NCBI GenBank assembly: GCA_013002165.1
Contig: JABDKO010000197.1
Location: 224-64,223, forward strand
Length of the DNA: 64,000 nt
Origin: Rhodothermales bacterium
GTDB taxonomy: Bacteria > Bacteroidota > Rhodothermia > Rhodothermales > JABDKH01
Direction: 5' to 3'
The notes under the pieces are model-generated. The model worked only from the letters and a program-made list of their open reading frames with translations, had not been told where the DNA came from and did not search any database. The position numbers and the translations under genes were made by a program. Shown piece by piece: positions 18,673-27,805 of this stretch; position 1 is the first letter of the stretch; each line of letters begins with the position of its first letter.

Positions 18673-19056
18673 GTGATACGTCTAATTCTAATCTCAAGTA
18701 TCCTGCTTACAGCAGGGTGCTTCTCTGAACATCCCTTCGGGAGAGGACAATCAGACGGTTCGGCTACGGGTGAACTACCCCTGACGAACCTGTCGTTTAA
18801 CAGCGACATCAAGCCTCTGCTCTCAACGTGTACGGCTTGCCATGCCGCAGGGGCTGGCGGTTGGGTATACGATGGTGGCGTGAATGCGTATGCACAGGCT
18901 GTGTCGGTAGTCTCTCCGGGACTGCCCGGACAAAGTGATTTGCTTATAAACACCCGCGGTGCTGCCAACCATGGCGGCGGTACAATCTATAATGCCTCCA
19001 GCGATGCCTACAACGCTATTGAAGCGTGGATTGTCGAGGGAGCACTTGATAACTAA
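18673..19056 (+). CDS. Monoheme cytochrome c lipoprotein (PSCyt1-like domain)
   Basis: 127 aa, GTG start. Lipobox LLTAGC. FNSDIKPLLSTCTACHAAG carries a single CXXCH in a context like the planctomycete-type cytochrome c domain. Starts 3 nt after the previous gene. Confidence 0.6.
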   Translation: MIRLILISSILLTAGCFSEHPFGRGQSDGSATGELPLTNLSFNSDIKPLLSTCTACHAAGAGGWVYDGGVNAYAQAVSVVSPGLPGQSDLLINTRGAANHGGGTIYNASSDAYNAIEAWIVEGALDN

Positions 19057-19066
19057 AATTGATACT

Positions 19067-20047
19067 ATGAAAAGCACACGACGATCATTTCTGAAATCCG
19101 CGGGAGCACTTACCGGTGGTCTGGTAGTTTCCGGATTCCATTCTGCATCTGCCCGTGGATTGTTCTCGGAAGATCTTACGTCGCGGACCCTGTGGGCGAT
19201 GGGTATGCCCGTACGCTATTCTGTTCCGCCCGAGGCGAGTTCGAGCATTGCAAAATCATTTGCGGCGGTCACCCGGATTGATGAGCATCTCAGTATTTAC
19301 AAGCCTGAAAGCGCTGTGTCCCGACTGAATCTCGGACTGTCTGTCGCGGACATTGATCTTGTCAAAGTATGCAAGGCCGCAAGACAGTTCGGAGAATTGA
19401 CCGAAGGATATCTTGACGTCACCGTGCTTCCCGTTCTCCGGAATCTCGGATTCAGACCGGGCGAGCTATCTCCATCAAGTACATCACACATCGATTTCAG
19501 AAAACTTCGTGTAACCGATTCCGATGTGCACACTGTCGGAAATGTACAGGTTGACCTCGGTGGGATCGCCAAGGGGTACGCTGTGGACGAAGCAACCCGG
19601 GAATTACGCGGCGAACAGGTTGAGAGTGGATTAATTGAAGCCGGTGGCGACATTTACGCACTGGGCTCACGACCTGATGGATCCAGCTGGACGATCGGGA
19701 TTCGTGATCCCCGGAATCCAGCCAGACTTTTTGCGACCGTGCGCTTGACAAACTCTGCTGTGGCTACATCCGGCGGGTACTTCGATAGTCACGTCGTCAA
19801 TGGTAGCGACGCATCTCATCTTATCAACCCGAAGACCGGCGAGTCTGTATCGCATGTTCTTAGCGCTACCATTGTGGCGCCATCGGCAATGACAGCCGAT
19901 GCCCTGGCGACGGCAACATCCGTTCAACCACGCGCTCAGGCCCAGGCGCTGATCGAGTCTCTGAAGGAGGTAGAGGGAGTCTGGATTTACTCTGATGGAT
20001 CCATTTTTGTCACACCGGGACTGCGCGACAAGATCACTCTGCTCTAG
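19067..20047 (+). CDS. apbE: FAD:protein FMN transferase ApbE, Tat-exported
   Basis: Twin-arginine signal MKSTRRSFLKSAGAL. ApbE-family blocks (DLGGIAKGYAVD, AVATSGGY). Start trimmed from 18959 to the ATG at 19067. Confidence 0.9.
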   Translation: MKSTRRSFLKSAGALTGGLVVSGFHSASARGLFSEDLTSRTLWAMGMPVRYSVPPEASSSIAKSFAAVTRIDEHLSIYKPESAVSRLNLGLSVADIDLVKVCKAARQFGELTEGYLDVTVLPVLRNLGFRPGELSPSSTSHIDFRKLRVTDSDVHTVGNVQVDLGGIAKGYAVDEATRELRGEQVESGLIEAGGDIYALGSRPDGSSWTIGIRDPRNPARLFATVRLTNSAVATSGGYFDSHVVNGSDASHLINPKTGESVSHVLSATIVAPSAMTADALATATSVQPRAQAQALIESLKEVEGVWIYSDGSIFVTPGLRDKITLL

Positions 20048-20142
20048 ACACGCGATAGTATATTTAGTCTGAGACGTTGACGATCCGGTCGCAACCTGCT
20101 ACTTTCGATAGTTGAAACGAACTCTATCGACAGGTACAGACA

Positions 20143-20676
20143 ATGCTGGAACGGATCAAAGGTGTACTCAAACTTGATGTCGCGACTTTTGAAGAGATCG
20201 AAGCGGATGAATCCGCTACCAGTCAGGCAGCCATCGTTGTTCTAATTGTTGCCATTATAGGTGCAATCGGGAGTGGCATTGCCTCGTCGTACACGGGAGT
20301 CAGTGCCGGAAATGGTATGTTGGCCACCGTCGTGACGACATTTACAGGGTGGGTTCTCTGGTCAGCTGTTACCTTTTTCGTCGGTACCAAAATCTTTGGA
20401 GGCAAGGCCGACCTCGGGCAAATGCTTCGTGTGATCGGTTTCGCCTATGCCCCGCAAATGCTTGCAATCATTCCGTGCCTGGGCGCAGTTGTCGGTTTCT
20501 TCTGGTCGCTCGCAGCAGGTTTCGTTGCCGTCAGGCAGGGACTCGATCTGGATAACACCAAGACGTTCCTGACGATTCTGATTGGCGTGATTTGCTTAGT
20601 TATCGTCCAGTTTTTTATCGCAAGCATATTCGGAATTTCAGGGGCCGGGCTCGATGCACTAGACAACTTCCGCTAG
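20143..20676 (+). CDS. Yip1-domain membrane protein
   Basis: 177 aa. N-terminal MLERIKGVLKLDVATFEEIEAD followed by 5 TM segments, the typical bacterial Yip1-family layout. Confidence 0.7.
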   Translation: MLERIKGVLKLDVATFEEIEADESATSQAAIVVLIVAIIGAIGSGIASSYTGVSAGNGMLATVVTTFTGWVLWSAVTFFVGTKIFGGKADLGQMLRVIGFAYAPQMLAIIPCLGAVVGFFWSLAAGFVAVRQGLDLDNTKTFLTILIGVICLVIVQFFIASIFGISGAGLDALDNFR

Positions 20677-20716
20677 TCACCTGGCATTGTAGATTATCTA
20701 TTCGGTTCTCAAAACG

Positions 20717-21319
20717 ATGAGAAGTCGGCTCCTGGTCCTGATTGTCGCCGCAATCCTCGTGGTATCGTGCAAATCTACCGAGCAGGCACCAGCGACTGCG
20801 GCCACGGTCGAGATAACTACGACAATTGGTAGTATTGTTGTTTTGATCAATCATTCTGCCGCCCCAATTACATCTGCAAACTTCATGCGCTATGTGGATG
20901 AATCGCGATTTGACTCAGCGCAATTCTATCGTACTGTCACCGTGGACAATCAGCCAAACAATCAGATTCTGATCGAAGTGATTCAGGGTGGACTTGGTAG
21001 CGCTGGCAGTAACCGCCTTGCCGCTATCAGCCACGAGACTACTCGTGATACCGGACTGCGTCACCTTGACGGTACGATATCAATGGCCCGTAGCGAACCG
21101 GGCTCGGCATCGTCCGAGTTCTTTATCTGTATCGGTGATCAACCCGAATTGGACTTCGGCGGACTTCGAAATCCGGACGGTCAGGGATTTGCTGTTTTCG
21201 GTCAGGTCATCAGTGGAATGGAGGTCGTGCAATCAATCCACGCGTCGCCACGTAATGGACAGTCGTTGACACCTCCAATTGAAATTGTCTCCGTTAGACG
21301 GCTGCAACCTGAATTCTGA
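20717..21319 (+). CDS. Cyclophilin-type peptidyl-prolyl cis-trans isomerase (lipoprotein)
   Basis: Lipobox ILVVSCK. Cyclophilin blocks FYRTV, GTISMAR...GSASSEFFI, GFAVFGQVISGMEVV. Confidence 0.9.
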   Translation: MRSRLLVLIVAAILVVSCKSTEQAPATAATVEITTTIGSIVVLINHSAAPITSANFMRYVDESRFDSAQFYRTVTVDNQPNNQILIEVIQGGLGSAGSNRLAAISHETTRDTGLRHLDGTISMARSEPGSASSEFFICIGDQPELDFGGLRNPDGQGFAVFGQVISGMEVVQSIHASPRNGQSLTPPIEIVSVRRLQPEF

Positions 21320-21323
21320 ACAA

Positions 21324-22388
21324 GTGAAGTACAACACTGACGATCGGCGCATCCTGCACATGCAGGAACTGAAAGCGCCGCAAGACTTACTTGGGGAGTA
21401 TGCACTGGATGACGAAGCCTCGTCGCTTGTGCATCATGCACGGTCAGAAATACATGATATTCTGAATTTCGCTAATGACAGGATTCTTGTCGTAGTGGGA
21501 CCCTGTTCAATACACGACGTGAACGCTGCCCGAGAGTATGGAGAGCGCCTCGTTAATGCACGCGAAAGGCTCTCGAACGACCTGCAAATTGTTATGCGGG
21601 TCTACTTTGAAAAACCACGGACAACCGTGGGGTGGAAGGGCCTGATTAATGACCCGAATCTGGACGGGTCGTTTGAGATAAACAACGGTTTGAAACTCGC
21701 GAGGCATCTCCTTCTTGACCTGGCACGAATGGGTCTGCCGGCAGGCACGGAATATCTGGACCTGATCAGTCCTCAATATGTCGCCGACCTTATTGCATGG
21801 GGAGCTATCGGAGCCCGCACAACTGAGAGTCAGTCGCACCGCGAACTGGCGTCAGGGCTTTCGTGCCCGGTTGGATTTAAGAACGCAACAGACGGTAGCC
21901 TGCAGGTCGCAGTAGACGCGCTTGTTTCTGCCTCCCACTCACATCACTTTCTCTCGGTAACAAAAGAAGGTCACTCTGCAATCTTTGCGACAGCTGGTAA
22001 TCCGGACTGTCATGTGATATTGCGAGGTGGACGCAACCCCAATTACGACGCCGCCGGAGTAGATGATGTGTGTTCGTTGCTGGAGGAGTCAGGACTGCCG
22101 CCGCGCATCATGATTGACTGTAGCCACGCAAATAGTCGGAAGAAGCCTGATCGGCAGAAGGATGTATGTAGATACGTTGCAGGGCAGATCGCCCGGGGAG
22201 ACTCGCGAATAATAGGAGTCATGCTCGAAAGTCACCTCAAGGGAGGGCGGCAGGTAGTTTCAGCGGGTCAACCTCTTGAGTATGGCAAAAGTATAACCGA
22301 CCCCTGCCTGGACTGGAATGAAACGGAGGGCCTCCTTCACGAACTGGCGGAAGCGGTCCAAGCACGTCGAAGCAATAGATCGTTGTGA
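21324..22388 (+). CDS. aroG: 3-deoxy-7-phosphoheptulonate (DAHP) synthase, class I (AroG/F/H type)
   Basis: VVVGPCSIHD and VYFEKPRTTVGWKGLINDP. The N-terminus KYNTDDRRI aligns with E. coli AroG NYQNDDLRI, so the start is placed at GTG 21324, 5 nt after the PPIase stop. Paralog assignment is not possible. Confidence 0.92.
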   Translation: MKYNTDDRRILHMQELKAPQDLLGEYALDDEASSLVHHARSEIHDILNFANDRILVVVGPCSIHDVNAAREYGERLVNARERLSNDLQIVMRVYFEKPRTTVGWKGLINDPNLDGSFEINNGLKLARHLLLDLARMGLPAGTEYLDLISPQYVADLIAWGAIGARTTESQSHRELASGLSCPVGFKNATDGSLQVAVDALVSASHSHHFLSVTKEGHSAIFATAGNPDCHVILRGGRNPNYDAAGVDDVCSLLEESGLPPRIMIDCSHANSRKKPDRQKDVCRYVAGQIARGDSRIIGVMLESHLKGGRQVVSAGQPLEYGKSITDPCLDWNETEGLLHELAEAVQARRSNRSL

Positions 22389-22412
22389 CCAATTAATATG
22401 CGCGCGTCCAAA

Positions 22413-23663
22413 CTACTCGCCAGTCATTCGACCAAGCATCGCGGCTAGCATGACTCGAGTCCCAATATCAATCGATGCGTCATCCGCCACGTAGTCGGGA
22501 GAGTGAGGCATACCAACAGTTCCTGCACTCGAGTTACTAACTCCAAGAAAGTACATGACGCCGGGTACATGGAGCTGGAACGAACCAAAATCTTCGCTAA
22601 AGACTGGCGATGCTCCGCGTGCCTCACGAATCGTAACGTCCCGGGCAAGAGTTTCGATGGCTGCGTTGGCGACCTCAACTAATCCCGCGTCGTTGTTCAC
22701 GCCTTCCATAAATCCGTCATCGTACGTTACATCCATGTCGATTCCTGACAGGTTGAGCGATTCGACAGCAGACAAAATCTTGTTTTTGGCACTGCTACGA
22801 TCCTCATATCCGGCAGTCATAATCTGCCCCCGGATTGTGAGTGATCCCGACGAAGAAAGCCCGGACGTCGGAAATAGCTGAACAAGAATGAAGCCTTCCG
22901 GAGCTACCTGGTATGCCGCCTGCGGAGCTACATTCCCGCTCTCCTGAATCGCTGTCCGAACTATATCTGTCGCTGCCGCGATATCCCCTGTACCAGATAC
23001 CGTAACAGATACCAATGCTCTACCAGCCATCAGTCCTCCCGGCCTCGTAGCAATTTCTCCTACCTGATATGGTGCCGTGTGCACTGCAAAAAGCGCGTCA
23101 GGGAGATAATGATCGAAGACGCCATCTTCCAACATCGATTTTGCACCCGTCCCACGCTCTTCAGCTGGTTGAAATAGCAGCATGACAGTTCCTGGCAGGT
23201 CATCACTGACCGTAGCAAAACCTTCGGCGATTCCTAGCCCGATAGTCGTGTGTATGTCGTGACCACAAATATGACGAATCCCCGGGGTCGACGAACGGAA
23301 TTCGACAGGATCGTAATCTGAGGAACGGACGGCATCCATATCCGCCCTGAAGGCAACCGTTGGACCGGGATGACCTCCCTCAAGAATGCCAACGACTCCA
23401 TAACCACCAACCCCGCTACGAACAGTGAATCCAAGCTCGTCGAGGTAGTTAGCGATCAGGCGGGAGGTTCGTTTCTCTGAACCAGAAAGCTCTGGATGTC
23501 GGTGAATGTCATGCCTGATGTCGATCAAGTCCTGATTCTTGGTCGATATCTGTTCAACCATCTGATCGTAGATCACCTCGTCGTAATCAACCTGCGACTG
23601 TGCAGCCGTGGTCCCGAGCAGAGCGGCACCAACAACAAAAACAAGTGCTTTCAACGCGGTCAT
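22413..23663 (-). CDS. M20-family amidohydrolase/peptidase, secreted
   Basis: 416 aa with signal peptide. Metal-binding blocks HRHPELSGSE, FRADMDA and ICGHDIHT are typical of the M20D class. Confidence 0.85.
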   Translation of the reverse strand: MTALKALVFVVGAALLGTTAAQSQVDYDEVIYDQMVEQISTKNQDLIDIRHDIHRHPELSGSEKRTSRLIANYLDELGFTVRSGVGGYGVVGILEGGHPGPTVAFRADMDAVRSSDYDPVEFRSSTPGIRHICGHDIHTTIGLGIAEGFATVSDDLPGTVMLLFQPAEERGTGAKSMLEDGVFDHYLPDALFAVHTAPYQVGEIATRPGGLMAGRALVSVTVSGTGDIAAATDIVRTAIQESGNVAPQAAYQVAPEGFILVQLFPTSGLSSSGSLTIRGQIMTAGYEDRSSAKNKILSAVESLNLSGIDMDVTYDDGFMEGVNNDAGLVEVANAAIETLARDVTIREARGASPVFSEDFGSFQLHVPGVMYFLGVSNSSAGTVGMPHSPDYVADDASIDIGTRVMLAAMLGRMTGE

Positions 23664-23817
23664 CAGGTTCCAAGGGCTACTGGAGAAAATAATCCGTTTC
23701 TACCGGGTCAATAAGAGCAGATACCGTACCTGCCAATGATACAGGGATATCTGAAGCTCGAGCAACCCATTTTCAAATCCGTGTTTGCAGATCGAAGGTA
23801 TCTGACGAATCTGACTG

Positions 23818-26073
23818 TTAACCCAGCTTCTTCTCAATGATGCCTCGAGCAACCTCCGGGTTCGCTTTACCACCGGATGCCTGCATCAGCTGCCCCATAA
23901 AGAAACCGATCAGCCCCTTCTTGCCTGACCGATAGAGCTCGGCCTTCTCCGTATTCCTGGCAATGATGTCATCTGCCATGGCTTCCAGCGTAGATGGATC
24001 TGAGATCTGCGCCAGACCTTCCCGATCTACTACTGTCTCGGGATCCGTGCCAGACTCAATAACCTCGACCTGAATCTGTCTGGCGATTCGCTGCGAAATG
24101 TCTCCCGAATCAAACATGGCAACCATTTTTAGAAATGGTCCGGGGTTATCAATCCCCTGAACATCGCCGGGTAGCTCGTTTACAATCCAGTTGGCAACAG
24201 CAGCAGATAACTCGCCTGCCTGCTCAGCGATTGCATCGAAAATTGCTTTCTTCGCTTCATCTTTCGACAACTGTCGGGCAAGCTCAACCGACAGTCCGAA
24301 ATCTTCAGCCATCTTAAGCGTCGCCGGTGAGTCGACGATCGTGCGGACTTCCTTCGGGACCGTCTCCTTTGCTCGAGGTTTAATCGTCGCCGGTTTCGCC
24401 TTAACCGTTTTCTCCCACGAGTCCTTTAACATGACGATGCGGTTGAAAACCAGTTTATCCGGAGAAGAATCTTCAGGGTCCTGCCAGAAGTAACCTTCGC
24501 GCTCAAACTGGTATCGTGTACCTGGATCATCGTTGGCAATGCTCGGCTCTGCAACGCTGCCCGAGAGAATCTCTATGGAATCAGGGTTCAGATTGACTGT
24601 AAAGTCTTCGACGCCTTCCTCCGGATTCTCAACACTAAACAGACGATCATATAATCTTGTCTCGATAGGAATAGCATGTTCTGCTGAAACCCACTGAATC
24701 GTTCCACGAACACGCCTGCCGTCAGGAGTGTCTCCTCCCCGGGTATCCAGATCGCAGGTACCTTTCAACTCTACAACATCCCCTTCGTCATTCTTAATCA
24801 CGTCCGTACAACGAATGACGTATCCATACCGCAGCCTCACCTCATTGCCCGGTGACAGGCGATAGAACTTCTTGCCAGGATTCTCCTTGAAGTCGGAGCG
24901 ATCAATCAGGATGTTTCGAGAGAATGGTACCTTTCGGCTTCCTTCTTTCGGAACGTCATGGGGAAAGTAGGGAGCCTCGAGCCACTCAACCTTCCCCTCG
25001 TCATAGTTTGTAAGTTCAATTCGAAGTGGCCGCAGTACCGCCATGACTCGCGGAGCGATCGCGTTCAGGTCGTCACGAATACTATACTCAAGCAGCCCCA
25101 CGTCCGATCGGCTGTTTGCTCGCGCCACACCGACTCGCTCCGCAAAACTGCGAATCGACGAGGGTGTGTATCCTCGTCGGCGCAAGCCGGCGATAGTGTA
25201 CATTCTCGGATCATCCCACCCGTCTACAAATTTCTCCTCTACCAGTCGAAGCAGCTTCCGCTTGCTCATGACCGTGTAGTTCAGGTTCAATCGCGCGAAT
25301 TCATACTGGTATGGCCGTGGTGATTCGCACACTGCATCCACAAGCCAGTCGTAGATCGGCCGGTTGTTCTCGAACTCCAATGTGCACAGCGAATGCGTGA
25401 TGTTCTCGATCGCATCCGACAGTGGATGCGCAAAATCATACATCGGATAGATACACCACTCATCACCGGTCCTGTAGTGGCTCGCATGTTTTATCCGATA
25501 CAGAAGCGGGTCACGAAGTTTCATGTTTGGTGAACCCATGTCCATCTTCGCCCGGAGAACATGTGTGCCATCGCCGTGAACACCATCTCGCATTTCGCCG
25601 AACAATTTCAGGTTCTCTTCGATAGTGCGATCTCGATAAGGGCTGTCGGTGCCGGGCTCTGTTACCGTCCCTCGATTCTTGCGTATCTCTTCCATCGAGG
25701 ATGAGTCCACATAAGCGAGACCCTGCCCGATGAGTTTCACCGCGTAATCGTACAACTGTTCAAAGTAGTCTGACGCGAAAAACAGATTGTCACCCCATTC
25801 GTATCCCAGCCAGTGGACGTCACGTTTGATCGCCTCAACGAACTCGGGATCCTCTGTCTCGGGATTTGTGTCGTCGAATCGAAGGTGACACGTGCCGTCG
25901 TACTTCCTTGCGAGGCCGAAATTCAGAGCAATCGACTTCGCATGACCGATGTGCAGATACCCGTTCGGCTCGGGAGGAAATCGAGTGACAACGGCACCGG
26001 CATACTTCCCGGACTCGTTGTCACGCTCAATTATCTCTTCAATAAAATTGTTGGTGTCCCGCGATGAGGCCAT
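23818..26073 (-). CDS. glnS: Glutamine--tRNA ligase with C-terminal GatB/YqeY domain
   Basis: 751 aa. Class I motifs PEPNGYLHIGH (HIGH) and VMSKR (KMSKS). The GlnRS body is followed by ~200 aa ending ...YRSGKKGLIGFFMGQLMQASGGKANPEVARGIIEKKL, the GatB_Yqey signature. Confidence 0.93.
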   Translation of the reverse strand: MASSRDTNNFIEEIIERDNESGKYAGAVVTRFPPEPNGYLHIGHAKSIALNFGLARKYDGTCHLRFDDTNPETEDPEFVEAIKRDVHWLGYEWGDNLFFASDYFEQLYDYAVKLIGQGLAYVDSSSMEEIRKNRGTVTEPGTDSPYRDRTIEENLKLFGEMRDGVHGDGTHVLRAKMDMGSPNMKLRDPLLYRIKHASHYRTGDEWCIYPMYDFAHPLSDAIENITHSLCTLEFENNRPIYDWLVDAVCESPRPYQYEFARLNLNYTVMSKRKLLRLVEEKFVDGWDDPRMYTIAGLRRRGYTPSSIRSFAERVGVARANSRSDVGLLEYSIRDDLNAIAPRVMAVLRPLRIELTNYDEGKVEWLEAPYFPHDVPKEGSRKVPFSRNILIDRSDFKENPGKKFYRLSPGNEVRLRYGYVIRCTDVIKNDEGDVVELKGTCDLDTRGGDTPDGRRVRGTIQWVSAEHAIPIETRLYDRLFSVENPEEGVEDFTVNLNPDSIEILSGSVAEPSIANDDPGTRYQFEREGYFWQDPEDSSPDKLVFNRIVMLKDSWEKTVKAKPATIKPRAKETVPKEVRTIVDSPATLKMAEDFGLSVELARQLSKDEAKKAIFDAIAEQAGELSAAVANWIVNELPGDVQGIDNPGPFLKMVAMFDSGDISQRIARQIQVEVIESGTDPETVVDREGLAQISDPSTLEAMADDIIARNTEKAELYRSGKKGLIGFFMGQLMQASGGKANPEVARGIIEKKLG

Positions 26074-26082
26074 GATTCCCGT

Positions 26083-27750
26083 CTAGTTAAGTCCAAGGAC
26101 ACCCTTGCCCTGGCGGAATACAATATCAACAGGTATACCTTCGTCATTAAGTCGCTCAAGATCGTTCGCAAGCTGCTTCTTGACGATACCGTACCCGGAG
26201 ATCAGGCGCGCCGTGCCTTCGTAATCTCCGTCGCCTTGAAGCATCAGAATCATCCTCGAAAGATCGTTCATTGCACTTTTCATCGCGTCGAATTCTACCC
26301 GATAAACTCCCGTTGAATCACGTTCGAAAGCTCCTTTTTCTTCAAAGAAGTTAAAGCGGATCATATTAGCACGACCGTGCGCACTTGAGGCGCCGAATCG
26401 GACAGACCTGAAAATACCCGCCATAAATGTGACATAGTTATCCATCAGATCGTCCGAGTCAAGTTCTCCCATTTCGTGAAGTTGGGTCACCATAAACAAT
26501 CCGAGAATGTCCGCTTTACCCTCTTCAATTGAAGAATAGGTTTCCGCAAGCGCCTCCCGAACAGTCCCTTTTCCATTTATCGTTTCCTTGATGCCGAGAC
26601 CATGGGCAACTTCGTGAAACATGACATTTTCAAAGAATGCATTGAAAGTGACATTCGCCTGCTGCTCCGGGGCTATCAGGACATTTGATATCGGAACAAG
26701 AATCTTGTCGAACTTGGCTCGCATGGCATTCTTCAGCTGCAGCCTTCGGGAGCCTTTTTCCTGCTGGACGACTTCGTCATTGGGAAGATTGATAGCGATT
26801 GTCTTCGACCCTGCATTTGCATCTCCTGCAAAATAGACTGCATCGTAGGCATTCAGGTCAGAGTCCGTACCGGGAGACTCCTGCTTGTACGTTGAGTCTA
26901 CGGGCAACTGAGCCTGCAGCGCCGGCAACAGGCCTGCGTAGTGTGACAGGCGATCACTCCACTCCAGATCCTTTATCAAGACGTACGCCTCTGCGCCAGC
27001 TTTGAAGCCGCGCAATTCATCCTCATACACTTCGATCGGACCGATGACAACATCGAACCGGTTCGACTTCATGTCCATCCAATCCATATCCGACTGCTGA
27101 TACTCTCCGGAAAGGAGCGCATCGGCTCGTGAATTCAGGTAGCGGGCAAATCCTTCGTCAGTTGCCAGGGCCGAGGCATCCCGCAACCTTGCAGCAGCAG
27201 CTGACATTTCGTCGTTGTACTCGACGTGATACGGCACGCTGTACAGCATCCCGAGACTGTCACGACGCACGACCGTGTACAAGTCAACCAGTGTAGAGTC
27301 CTGCTCTGCAGCACCCATGAGCTCCTCGACGGTTATATCAGCAGGATAGAACTGCGCTCCGGCCGGCTTCGCTCCGATGCCCTCCACGAAAGGCTTGTTG
27401 TCATCAAGGCGATCCCATGGGCCATAGTTTATTCTGGCAAACGTGCGCAGATCGGGGTCTTTAATCGACTCCAGCAAAGAGTCGCGGCTGCCATAGGATT
27501 GCTTCCAGAATATATCATCCATGTGGTCAGCGGCATCAATCAAGAGACTGAGCATTGCCTTCTCCGACTCGGAAAGATTCGTAAGATCAGCCTCAAGTCG
27601 AAACTCGGTATACTTGTCGACCAGAGCTGCTGCCGCTATTACTTCAGGTTCAGGCATTTTGTCTTCTGTCTCATTTGAGGCGGGATCGTTTGAGTCGCAT
27701 CCGGCTGCAAAAAATGATGCGATTAAGAATACCGATAATAGTCGGATCAT
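26083..27750 (-). CDS. Zn-metallopeptidase lipoprotein, DPP3 (M49)-like family
   Basis: Lipobox FFAAGC. HExxH (FHEVAHGLG) plus a downstream EEGKAD motif. Start trimmed to MIRLLSVFL at 27750, which removes the overlap with rlpA. Confidence 0.6.
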   Translation of the reverse strand: MIRLLSVFLIASFFAAGCDSNDPASNETEDKMPEPEVIAAAALVDKYTEFRLEADLTNLSESEKAMLSLLIDAADHMDDIFWKQSYGSRDSLLESIKDPDLRTFARINYGPWDRLDDNKPFVEGIGAKPAGAQFYPADITVEELMGAAEQDSTLVDLYTVVRRDSLGMLYSVPYHVEYNDEMSAAAARLRDASALATDEGFARYLNSRADALLSGEYQQSDMDWMDMKSNRFDVVIGPIEVYEDELRGFKAGAEAYVLIKDLEWSDRLSHYAGLLPALQAQLPVDSTYKQESPGTDSDLNAYDAVYFAGDANAGSKTIAINLPNDEVVQQEKGSRRLQLKNAMRAKFDKILVPISNVLIAPEQQANVTFNAFFENVMFHEVAHGLGIKETINGKGTVREALAETYSSIEEGKADILGLFMVTQLHEMGELDSDDLMDNYVTFMAGIFRSVRFGASSAHGRANMIRFNFFEEKGAFERDSTGVYRVEFDAMKSAMNDLSRMILMLQGDGDYEGTARLISGYGIVKKQLANDLERLNDEGIPVDIVFRQGKGVLGLN

Positions 27751-27805
27751 CTGAAAAGAAAAGTGTGGGTTCGATCGATGAGTGACGTTGATCGATCTAT
27801 GGTGC

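Noticed and set aside
20105-20130. 7-bp hairpin TCGATAG-N12-CTATCGA after apbE as a terminator
   Set aside because: The stem is short and AT-containing, the loop is large, and there is no U-tract. That is insufficient for a terminator call.
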